This document shows, one piece after another, positions 49,667-61,200 of a DNA stretch of 64,000 nucleotides. Numbering within the stretch: the stretch's first letter is position 1; each line of letters begins with the position of its first letter. Location: the NCBI RefSeq assembly GCF_964204645.1, contig NW_027437443.1:1-64000 (forward strand), written 5' to 3'. A program made the position numbers and the translations under genes. Origin of the DNA: Tubulanus polymorphus. Its lineage: Eukaryota > Animalia > Nemertea. Below the pieces are notes generated by a model. That model saw nothing but the letters and a program-made list of their open reading frames with translations, did not search any database and was not told the origin of the DNA.

Positions 49667-49857
49667 ACGTTCAAACGGTGTGCATAAAAACTGAATGAAT
49701 ATTACAGCTAATGGAAAAGCATCTTTTCCAATTTTCGAATAACAGTTTTTTGTATGAGTTCAAACTATTTTTTCCATAAAACTTGATACGTTCAAACCGT
49801 GTGCATAAAAACTGAATGAATATTTCAGCTAAAGAAAAAACCTCTTTTTCCAATTTC
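49667..49857. repeat. ~70-bp direct repeat pair (spacing ~121 bp)
   Basis: ACGTTCAAAC.GTGTGCATAAAAACTGAATGAATATT.CAGCTAA occurs twice. Confidence 0.75.
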
Positions 49858-50199
49858 CAAACAACCTAGGTGTATCTACAAGATTGAAAATCGTCGCCAG
49901 GATTCACTATTCATTCATTCAACTAACAAAAAGAACATATTCAGCATTTCACAAAACTGAATGAGCATGCTTCAGATCTGCGATTCACATACTACTATAA
50001 ATCTAACGTATTTTTACTAGCAAAAAATCTTTAGGAGAAAATCTTTGTTTATTAGTTTTTGTTCTCACTCTAAAATTTCTAATTTCACTCTTATAGTCAA
50101 ATTTAGTGGTAAATTAATGTAAGTGGACACGATGCCGACGCTGCAAAACAACGTTATTAAAAACGCATCGAGTTCTATGATAAACGTAAAACAACAAGG

Positions 50200-50445
50200 T
50201 TCCGTGGTCTAATGAGAAGATGCTGCACTAGCAATACGCCAGCCTGGGTTCAAATACTGAATTTTGTTCGCTTTCCTCGAATCATCAATCGAGTCTGCAT
50301 GTGTGGAATTAGCCAACTGAAGTAGCCAATCGCAATGAATTATCCGCATGAAAACATTAATAGGATAGGCCTTAAGCTGAGTCGGCAAAATATCCTTCGA
50401 TTAAACTTATACCTTGACATGTCTGATGTCACCACAACAACCACC
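50200..50445 (+). mobile_element. Probable tRNA-derived SINE
   Basis: A-box-like TGGTCTAATG and B-box-like GGTTCAAATAC about 35 nt apart; short CAA/CAC-rich tail. Confidence 0.45.
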
Positions 50446-52575
50446 GCTCACAAATCACTAAACCTACTGCGGGGTAGGCCTAAGTTGAGGTTTGAAACTA
50501 GACTGTGTATGTGACTGTGTCGGGATGAATATTTGGGGTTTGGAATGGAACCACACATTTGCACGCCCTATTTTGCCTTGGGGAATTATAGGGCTGAAAA
50601 TGGATGGGACCTGGCTCTGGCTGGGTACATCTACAAATTACAGTCTAAGCCAGGCTCACCCCCTGGCCCTTTTTGGCCTTCTTGGCTCCAGACTGTTTCT
50701 TTCTGCTTGAGTCTTGTCTCAAATGTTTTATGTTTTTCAGTAATGATGTAAAAATCCTAGCCTCTAGCATTTCAAAATCACGAGGATATTACACCACTAT
50801 CACATACGATAACGATATGAATGAGTGAGTGACGTAGGCCTATATAAGACAGAAAGAGGAAAATGAACAGACTACTTTTCACCAAAAAGACATTTACTTC
50901 TTGTGTTTCTAGTTTTACCGAGTCTCGAAAACATATATAAGGATGAACTACATTCTAACAAGTGAAATACGTGCATAGAGCTATGAATGAACTGAATTAC
51001 TGTACGATATACCTTGTTTTTGATGCATAAATCCACATTTTAGCAGCTGTGTTTTCAGGAAATGTCAAACTAGCACAGCGCTTCCATGTTTATTATCATC
51101 CCCGACTACGTCATCAATGTCACCGCTGATTGGTCAAACTCAATTCATTTATCGTCACGTTAACTCATTAGCATAATATTTCCAGGAAGTTTGCCGGCGC
51201 GGGCATGGGATGGCTCCGAGAATTGTCAATCCACGTGTTTCGCCGTCATTCATGATCAGGGAGAGGTTTGGTCCTACTTTTCCCATTTCTACTGGGCTTA
51301 AAAGTTGACCCGCCCACCCGCCTATCTACCCTTTTTTAAATCATGATCAAGCTAACCATAACAGACCCGGCAGCTACAGAAATGATCTGATCACAAATTT
51401 TATTGCCGTTTACACAGGTGACCCACGAAATGAGAAACTAGGTATCACTTTATTTTGGTCTTAATTTAATCAATAAGACCATGCCTCTTTGTTCATGGAT
51501 CAGGTGGGGCCTTGATAACTTGTTAAAAGTTTCGACATATCACGCGAATACCAGACGATCTCATTATACCATTCTACTAGGCTGAACTCATTTTTTTGTA
51601 GTCCGACAAAAATTTCATAACAGGAAGAAATGTCAATTAGTTGAAACTATATAATTGTTTCTTTATTCTATTCCACTGCCAATGATGGTTTTTCATAAGA
51701 AAATAATCTGCAACCCAGAAAACAGAAAATGCTCCATAATAACAAAGCGATAATACTTGCAACAAATTACATATACATCTTCAATATAGATAATTTCATA
51801 AATGCGCATTTTAAAATGCATTACACTTAAATACTTATCAACATATATACATGAGCCGCATATAACAAATACTTTTAGGAATCAATCTAATCTAATTACC
51901 ATTTTTCAAAAATGGGATTTCTGAATGTTTTGAGGTAATCGGGCAGTAACACTTTTTATGTCCAGTGTTAAGTCAAAAAAATTGATAGTTTTGATTGATT
52001 ACGCTTAATTCAACCTGAAAGACTATGAAATAGACTGAATTCAAACTACTGGATAGTTTTCTGGTTAACTTAACAGGGGGAACCTCGTTTTAACGCCCTT
52101 GTATTCATTGATTTATCAGTTATTGCAAACCTAGAATTTTGTTCCCAATAGCAAAATTTCAATCACTTTCAAACTGGATATAACGAACATATTTTCAGGC
52201 CTCAAGAAGTTCGTTGTAACGAGGTTCCACTGTAGTTATAAACAAACGCACTGACCTATTCATCAACAATGCCAGGAAAATTACGGAACAAGTGAATAGA
52301 AAATGTACCTGTTTTGAAAGTAGGGACTCATAAAGCATTCTAATCTGGGTTGCACAATTTAACATACATATCTAAGAGGAAGGCTCATTTCAACCATCAA
52401 TTAGTATATAACAATCTCATGCCTTTTTAAATTACAGTCAACTCGATGAAGTCATCACAATTCTTAGTTCCAATTTGACTCAAGTTCCAATATTCCATTT
52501 CAATTTAACTAAATGGTAAGTAATCATTTGGTAGTCAACAAATCGAAAGGCACCGATAATGATACCAAGAATTTG

Positions 52576-52812
52576 ACTGCACTTAATAATGACTTGCAGA
52601 TATGAGACAAGCCATAGATTCCTTAAAAAGCACATATAGGTACGAGTTCTGATCTGACATGAGGATAAAAATCAATATTTAACTTCCAGGAACGAGTTAA
52701 GACTGTACTTGATAATGACTTGCAGATGGGATTACTTAAGCTGCAGATGTGATGAGCATTCCTTAAAAAGCACATGCATTCTGAACTGACACAGGATAAG
52801 TTATTATTCAAC
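52576..52812. repeat. ~125-bp tandem duplication in MEPCE 3' region
   Basis: GACTG.ACTT.ATAATGACTTGCAGAT...CCTTAAAAAGCACAT...GGATAA occurs twice. Confidence 0.7.
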
Positions 52813-53304
52813 TCTGGAGTCATCCATTTATTACATACATGACGCAACATTTCCAAGAATTTTTCCTTCTCTTGTGCATATTTCCAAAAATACGTGAACA
52901 GATTTTTTATATTACTATTGTACAATAAATGGATGATCCCTACGCGTTAGAGATATAACCGAATGGAATGCCAACTGTTTTTAAAAGCTAACTACCTTCA
53001 TTTGCAAGAATTGGGACATCTCGACTTTCTAAGCCAATTGCCGCTACATACATGGGTCAAACCTGAAGACAATAAAAGTGAGGAATCCGCAAAAAAGCAC
53101 ACACAAGTAGCTGCCATTATATCATTATTGTATTACAAGAATAAGTGATGGTGTAACGTATGAGCGCGGTATGATTGAATGTAATTAATAAGATGTATGG
53201 TCATCTGAATACAACAATAGTCGATGTGTCTATGGACACAGTCCGATGATTAGCACCACGGAGATGATGGTAATTTCATTTTTAAACGCCACGATTGTGA
53301 ATTT

Positions 53305-56300
53305 TTACACCGATTTCGTCGTATCTGTCACTAATGCTTTTGCGTCGTTATCAGCGTCTTCGATATCGACATTCATGTCAGTCGATGTTTCGCGCAAAAC
53401 GTCCGAATCACCGCAATGCGTATTATCAGTTAACGGTTCACTGACGACCGGTGTTCCATTTCCTGAACATTTCGAAACGCTCACTTCACTTGTCTCGACA
53501 TTCATATTATCTACAGTACTTTCATTACTTGTACTACACCCTCTTCTATTGTCGCAGTTGGCACTTAATTCTGTGGTTGTCGGATTTTCTTGCATGGGTT
53601 CAGGAACTGACACCGGTTCGTGTTCGACATCGGATGCGGCACTCGGTTCTTTAGCAAGCTTCCTGTACATCTGCAACGGTCTTCGGAATCCTGTAACACG
53701 ATACAAATATATTTTACTAGCTTTTAACAGAATGCGCACAAAAATACCAGCATACGAACGGGTTTGTGTTTTATCGCGGAGCCAAGCAGAAGAAAACATC
53801 AATAATGCAAAGGCAGACTTCGAGGGATTATTCGGGAGTACTCGCTAAAATCTGAATCAAACTTGTCTCAAGTTCCAAGGGAATAGAATAGATGATCGCT
53901 TTGTCTTACATTCTAAATGCACACGAAATTGGCAAAATTTTAATGAATCCTCCTGCGCCTATAAGACACTTTCCTGTAATTCAATAGGCCAATTACCAAT
54001 ACCAATATATATTTCGGCCATTCAATCCAAAATTACTGCTTGAAAACTTAAATCAACAAAGAAAACCAAGGACAAAAAAATCGCCCTGTTCCTATAATAA
54101 TATATGTATAAATAGAGATATGAATTGGGATTGCGAGAACTATGAATCACTCACTCAAAGAAAAAAATAACTTATCTTAACCTGCATGAACACATGAACA
54201 TTATTAAATGCACTATTTTCGACTTATATAAATGATATAGTCGATTCAAAGCTCAATAAACGTTTGGGACTATTTCACAATCACAATATACGTACCTTTT
54301 GATTTATTGAATGGCACATCGAGCACCTGACAGGTTGAGAACCCAACCTCGGTAGACAGCAAATACTTTGAAAACTGATCCGGATAAAAGCTTATACTCT
54401 TGAAAACTTTCGATATACTCTCCTAAAAAAAAAGAAAGAAGATTCATCAGTCCGACTTCATTTCTTCTAAAAAATCTCTCGACGATTCGAAAATAATTAT
54501 ATTAATTACTTACAGTTAAATTCTTCTTCTTTTTGTATGAAGACCACGATTGAGGCTCCAATAAGAGAATACCGCCGGGCCGAAGTTGTTTGAACATTCG
54601 TTTGAAGGCACGTTTTAAACCGGCGTCGCCGTTATGTAGGTGCATCCACTTGGTCAAACTGAACGCAAGTATCACATCGTATTCTTCTTTTACCAATTCT
54701 AAGAGCTCATCCGATTCCGGCACATAGTTTGCCTAGAAATGATAGCCGATGAACGGTTTGATTAATCGTTGGTAATTTTCAATAGTTTATCGCCGAAGAA
54801 ACAACATTTTAACCCGCATACGTAGCGCAACAGTACATACATATAACAACACGTCGGACAACAGAAGGATGTGGCCTGCATTTCAAACATTATGTAGGCC
54901 TACCTTATCAGGAAAAAGAAGAATCGCTACGAAAATGAGATGCAGACTTGGAAATGATACAGATCGTCCCCCACTGGTTTCAGAGATAAGACGATAACTC
55001 CACGGGCAAGTCATTTAAAGCATCCTCATTTCCATAACTAAGATGTTCCGATACAACTTCTGAAACAAGTTCAATGTCGATTATAAGGGTGAAAAATACA
55101 GTTGAACTGTTCTTTTTTAGAATCAACTTTTCAAAGTCCTACCCTTATTCGTTCGATTTCTTCAAGGTTCTTGTTTTCACAGGGTGGCCACTTTACGCCC
55201 AATAAAAAATCCCCAGTTTTCCCTGATTTTTTCCATGTGATCTCATAGAATTCCAAGCATGAATATATGAGAAATTTCTAGACTTAAAATGTGAGAAATA
55301 TCTAGGCTTAAAATGTTACATTTCATTCACTGAATCACGTATTGATAAAGAAATGTGTGGTCAATAGCATATACAAATTACTTGAGTTTCCTATTTTTGC
55401 AAAATTTGTGAAATGCCTGATCATTTTCTAGATTCTTCTGAATCTTTTCTTTCTTTTTTTCTGAGTTTTTCAATCCAGGTCTGACAGCGGCCACCCTGTT
55501 TCCGGGGCCCACATTTATTTTTTTCCAATGAATACAGATACATTTTGTTCAGTTTATTTCTTACCTGCGCAAATCGAATGTTATTCAACAGCTTTTTATC
55601 TACATCGCTTTCCGGCAACTTCTTCGAAACGATCGGCCCGTACGTCGACGACATCGCGTCTGGGAATTTACCTTTACCAGCCAATTCCGACGACAGATAA
55701 TGGCGGATATTTTTCCGCGCCGCCGCGATCAGATTCGGATCGATGTCTAAACCGACGATTTTACGCGGCGTGAACTGACGCGCGATCGCCAACGTAACGT
55801 GTCCGACATTGCACCCGATATCGAGAACGTCTTTACCGGTAATCCATTCCTTCTTCAAACACTTCAACCGGTAATCTTCGTCCATGTTCGGATTACGATA
55901 GCCGTAATATCGATTGTAATTGCCGTAGATGAATTTCTTTTTCGGCGCGTTCGCGCGTTGTTTCTGCGACGGTTTTCCCCCGGCGGCCGTATTAATGACG
56001 CTCTGCTGCCGTTTGAATTTACTCGTACATTCGACCGGTGAAACGATTTCGTCCGCGACGACCGCGTTCTTCGTCGCCGATGACGCGTCGTTACCGTCTT
56101 TCAACAGACTGATCGATAAATTCGCGCTCGGTTCCGGGCGGCTGTCGCTAGTTTGACGTTTTCGTTTACGACTTTTCGGAGATATTTGCGGTATGACCGG
56201 AGAGACGATTTTATCGTCGACTTTCGATTTGTGCGCCGCGGCCGGTTTCGTAATCTTTTCAGACGCTTTTTCCGAATTGATGTCTATCGAAATCGGGCGC

Positions 56301-56932
56301 GTAACGTCCGACGATTCCGTATCGATCTTCAACGCCGGATTCTCCGTCGGTAAACTCGCGACGGTCGCAATGCAACCGTCAGCGCTACGGCGTTTATGTT
56401 TATTGCGTTTTCGCTTGTGAGTCTTTGGCGACGCGAAGTCGAGATCTTCGCCCGAATTCAAATTCAACGGATCGGTGATATTCGGCGGAATAATGACGTC
56501 GATTTCCTGTTCGCGCCGATGCATCGGCGTCGGCAGCGGAGACGACACCGGAGTTTTTTCATTCGGATCTTCGCTCGTTAAACTATTCAGATTCAACGGA
56601 TCGCTGATGTTGCCGCCGAGCAAAAACTTCGTCGGAAGAACGATTTTCTCGCTGTTGTGTCGACTGCGCCGTCGCCCGAAGCCTCCTCTCTGCGCGCCGC
56701 CGAACACCGAATTAAACCTTTTTCGTCCGCGCGGGTTTCCGCCTCCCTTTTCGAATCTATCTCGATTGTTGTCGAACCGTTGTTTAAATTCGGCGTGCTT
56801 TCCATCTTTGGACGACGCCGACGTCGATACGGCCATCAGATTCTCAGCCGGGGTCGCGGCGGCTCCGACGTAGTGTGGAAATTCACCGGCATGAGAAAAC
56901 TGTGGCGGCGTCTTCACATCCACAACGCTCAT
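53305..56932 (-). CDS. MEPCE: 7SK snRNA methylphosphate capping enzyme (Bin3/BCDIN3), 4 exons, 699 aa
   Basis: Exons 55565-56932, 54514-54732, 54296-54422, 53305-53690 (2100 nt). Motifs: [31 protein letters not shown]-binding [61 protein letters not shown]. Confidence 0.96.
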
Positions 56933-58297
56933 ACTTCAAACTATTCGTTATTTTCAAAATTTGAATGATCACAAAAAAGTCACACAATAAATTTACAACA
57001 AAAAATTTTGTTAAGTTAATTGACCACTAACTAGTTTTTCGGATTCAATATCTCACAGATAAAACAACAACAAACCCAACTGAAATGGGTCCAAGATTAG
57101 GTAGGGCTAATTCATGCCGCTTCTACTAACCATCCAACGTCGAATGAACGTCAATCATGCATCAACAACGTTTCAATGTTTTGATTCTGCAGACTCACAC
57201 GTGGTTCCGGTCAGTTCAGCGCCACCTGGACAGCGCTTCCGCTTCATTTGCATAATTTATTCGCTCGCTCCAAAACAGCCCTACACAGTCGCTGTTCGGG
57301 CCAGATTTCTCCTTAAATCAGACGCGTCGTTCGGTATTCGTCCCGTGGATGAATATATGTGAAGATATTCTAGTCCTAGGTCGATGAAATGTCGAATGAA
57401 CCTCTCTGGATGTCAGTCGAGGGGCGAGTTTTCTTCCCGTTCTTTCTCCAGATTTCACAATTCAGAGCACTGGGCGCTGGATGTGCGCAAGCGCGGCGCG
57501 TTGCATTATGGGCAATGATGGTGGTTTGCGCTAGAACCTTTCATTCTGAGGGATCGTCTCAAAAACTAATATCGAAGAAATAGAGAAACTTTCAATAGTG
57601 AGGCTTTTTATTAAAATCTTGAAACATTGTATTTCAAATGAATAAGTTCTCCTATCATCGCTGTGTGTTTTGATTATCATCGGGTGTTGTCAAACAGTTA
57701 TCAGCAAACAAGAACTTATATTTTCCACATGCCCCCAATACAAACAAATCCGATGTCTCACTTTTTTGGTTGAACTGAATTAATTAGTCCACATTTATCT
57801 TCGTTTAGGTAGCATTACAATTTCTACAACAACAACCAAAAAAACAAAACTTAAAATGAAGATCTAAATGATCTGATTTGCCTATGAAACGAAATAGGTC
57901 TAAAGAGAAGAATCAGTGGAAGACATATTCACAAGGCGCGAAATTTAAAAATTGTCACACCATCACACTCTGTTCCACCGTGCGGCGCGTCGGTTGAGTG
58001 AAGCGCGCGCGCGCGTCGATCGCGTGTCAGTTTGGCCTAGTGTTTGCCGCCGTTTGATGCGACTGCAACAGGGAACAGAATCCGCGTTCATCTCGATTAG
58101 ACTTTATTATCTCACCTTTAATTTGTCTCCAAAATGTAAGAGAATATAACCAACATTATTCAGGCTTAAATAAATTAAAGTTTTTTCTCGGCCTTATTAA
58201 ACATTTTACGCCTGTTATTTTTTAGACTTGTGCAGTCATCGATTGTTGACGTTTTTGGCTCTTATAAAAAATCTGATGATAACCACATTTTGAAAAA
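56933..58297. promoter_or_regulatory. Divergent (bidirectional) promoter region MEPCE/ZCWPW1
   Basis: About 1.4 kb between divergent ATGs; E-box CACGTG (57198), CTCF-like CAGCGCCACCTGG (57217-57229), octamer ATTTGCAT (57246-57253), NRF1-like TGCGCAAGCGC (57484), GC run at ~58002. Confidence 0.65.
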
Positions 58298-61200
58298 ATG
58301 TCGAAGAAATTCAAAGCACCATCTTTCAGTAAGTTTTTGGTTCATTTTTGTGAACTTGAAAATAGTCATTTAGTTCTGGCATTTGAAACAAAAAAATTTT
58401 GCTTGAATCAAATCAACTGTTCTTTTGATCTTTCTTTTTGTATAATAATGTACTTGATGCCACTGGAACAGAACTAAAGGCAGGGTGTTTTTAATAGTTG
58501 AATTAAAAAGTGGCTTTTAAATGCAGCAGCTAGCCAGCAGCAGAAGCCATCACCAACAGTGATCCAGCCTCCAGTGGCAAACAATCCAAAAGACGATATA
58601 TCATCGGAGCATCTGGGCGCAATCCTAAATGATGTGATCAAAGATTTGAGCACAGATGACGTGTTTAATGATGTCTTGCCTGCAGTAAGTTATACTCAAA
58701 GAAATGGTTAATTTTAATAGCCCATTTATGATAATTTTTCTTTCCCTAGAGCCAATAATCACATATTTCAGCCCTCAGATGAGAAGACCCAAACCCCCCA
58801 GGGCCATACGAAATGTGGGGCAATTTTGGAGAAGGACCCTTTTGGCAAAAATGTATACATCCTTTCTGTAATACATTTTCTTAGACAAAACAAACCAAGA
58901 ACATCAAAGCAGTAACAAAGAAGAAAGAAAAAAAGACAACCAAAGAAAAGTCATCATTAATTTCGACTAAGCAGAAGATTAATCAATCTAGTATTGATAT
59001 GGAGGAGTTGTTTGCGTCTGCTGTTCAAAATGTTGACAAATGGCTGGAAAATCATACGGGTATTTCTGATTAAATTCATCATATGATTCTCATATCAGGC
59101 GCCAAAATAATTTTGTTGACTCCCGTCCCATGACAGGCACTAGAACTTTTGGGCCTGTCAGCCTTTCACAAAAAATTGAGGTCAATTTAGAAGGCACTGA
59201 GCCTGTCAAGATTCTCTGGCATTTCAACAATATTTCTGTCTGACACAAAGGGCATATCTATTCTTGCAAGCAGTTTAGGCATACAACAGCAGAGCCCATA
59301 GGAAAAAATTAAAACTTATGAAAAGAGAAATTTTTTTATAATTGAATAAGTTCTCTAAACTGTTGTTGTCATAACTGTTGAATGTAACCCTAGATCGAAT
59401 CGGAGATGTTTCTACGTATGGTGAAGAAGTTGAGGATACATTTTCAACTGCACCCAGAAAAATCACCGAGCAGCAGCTTGACTTTGATGAACCATTAATC
59501 GTCGAACAACTAACTTCTGTAAAACCAACGATTCTTAGTACGGACGACTTCGACGGGTTGGAAGATGCCGATGGTAATTTCTTAAAAACCTTTCTTATTT
59601 AATTTTCATCAGGATTTTCACTCGCTCAAACTGTTCAGATTTAACGCATCACTGATGTTGCCGCTGAGTAGTAACATTGTTACGCTATTGCACAGACTCC
59701 TAAACTAACTAAAAACTTTTCTAATTATTCTGGCATCTCTAGACGCTAGTATCTATATGCTAAATGTCCGTATTTGTTGAAATTTCAAACACAAACTTTT
59801 GCATATTCTTGCAGTCGAAAAACTAGTCGAAGAAAATGCTGAAAATGATCGAATCGGAGGGAGTCAAACGAATTTAAAAGGTGACAAGAACAGCGACGAA
59901 GAATGTGACGTTGAAACTGATTCCAAGATGCATAGTCCAGTTTTCGGTAGGAGCAAAATATACGGTGTATCACAAAAAGATAATTCACAGATTTGGTGAG
60001 TAAAATTACTCGGTATCTCGGTCATTAATTTCGAAAGAGTATCGTCAATTAACAAAATTTAACACGCAGAAAATTTATGATAGAGACCAAAATGAATCGA
60101 TAAGATCGCAACATCCGTGATGAAATAATCAATGAAAAATCCAATAATTTTTGAAAGACTAAAAAGTTTTTAAATACTTGTAGAAATATTTTTCGGGGGG
60201 TTCCTTCTTCAGTCTAAAATGGAGACAGAATTTTGTTTTAGAAATAAAATTCTGTCTTCATTTTGGACTAATAGATTGAAGAAGGGTGGTAGTAACCACC
60301 CAAAATAATTCTAGTATCTTAAATAGACTTTTTAGTCTTTCAGCAATTGTGGGATTTGATATCCTATTGAAACCATTATGTTTCGGCTGTCGGTCCCTTC
60401 CAGCCAAAGGGAATCCAAAGGGTGGATCAGAGAAACAACAAATGCACTTGCATTCAGCTTGGTAAACTTATTAAAGAATTATTTGGTAAATGTTCATGTT
60501 TATCACTGAGAACAGAGATAAGAGTGTTTATTTGAGTTTTTATTATATGATTGGTAGTTGTGATGAAGGGTCAGAAGTGAATAAAGAGGAATTCGATGAT
60601 TGTAGCGACAGCAGCAGAAAGAATTCATCGGCTAAACAGAAGAGACTTCAGAAATCTACTGTTACCAAACACGTCGCTTTGAGTTTAAACAAAAATAGAG
60701 ATTCCGGATCTAAATTATCATCAGGAGGTTCTGGAGACATGGAACGAGAAAAAAAAATGAAAAGACTGACGGGTAAAAAAAAATTTTTTTTCAAACGCAA
60801 TGAGCATTTCCTCCTTGTATATTAAAGGAATGGAGATTTCTTTTTCAGAATTCCGACCATTTTCCAGGAATGGATCTTCATCGGTCGGTGATGGAAAATC
60901 GAAACCTCCGCCGAAAAACAAAAAGATATCGATGAAAAAAAAAATGTTAGAAAGAAAGATTGAAATGAACGGTATGCAATACAATCCTTACTTGATACTC
61001 AGTTACCATTTTTAGCTAAGATAGACAGGAACAGTGAGTAATGACTAATGATGGTCATTGCACCATCCTCACTTGCCAGGGTTTGATTGCCTCCCGTCAA
61101 AGCTCATGGCCAACACAAACCCTGTTCGCATTAACTTCATTGGTCAAGAGTTCTTGAGTCGCCACTAGTCTATGTATCTAGCCAATCAGATGTAAAGCGA

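Noticed and set aside
55528-56968. Multiple plus-strand ORFs overlapping MEPCE exon 1 (also 53246-53848 and 63538-63900)
   Set aside because: These are antisense shadows of GC-richer coding exons.
57479-57560. 7SK RNA gene next to MEPCE (starts GGATGTG)
   Set aside because: There is no GATC-containing 5' stem, no PSE/TATA and no matching 3' end; the sequence is better read as an NRF1-like promoter motif.
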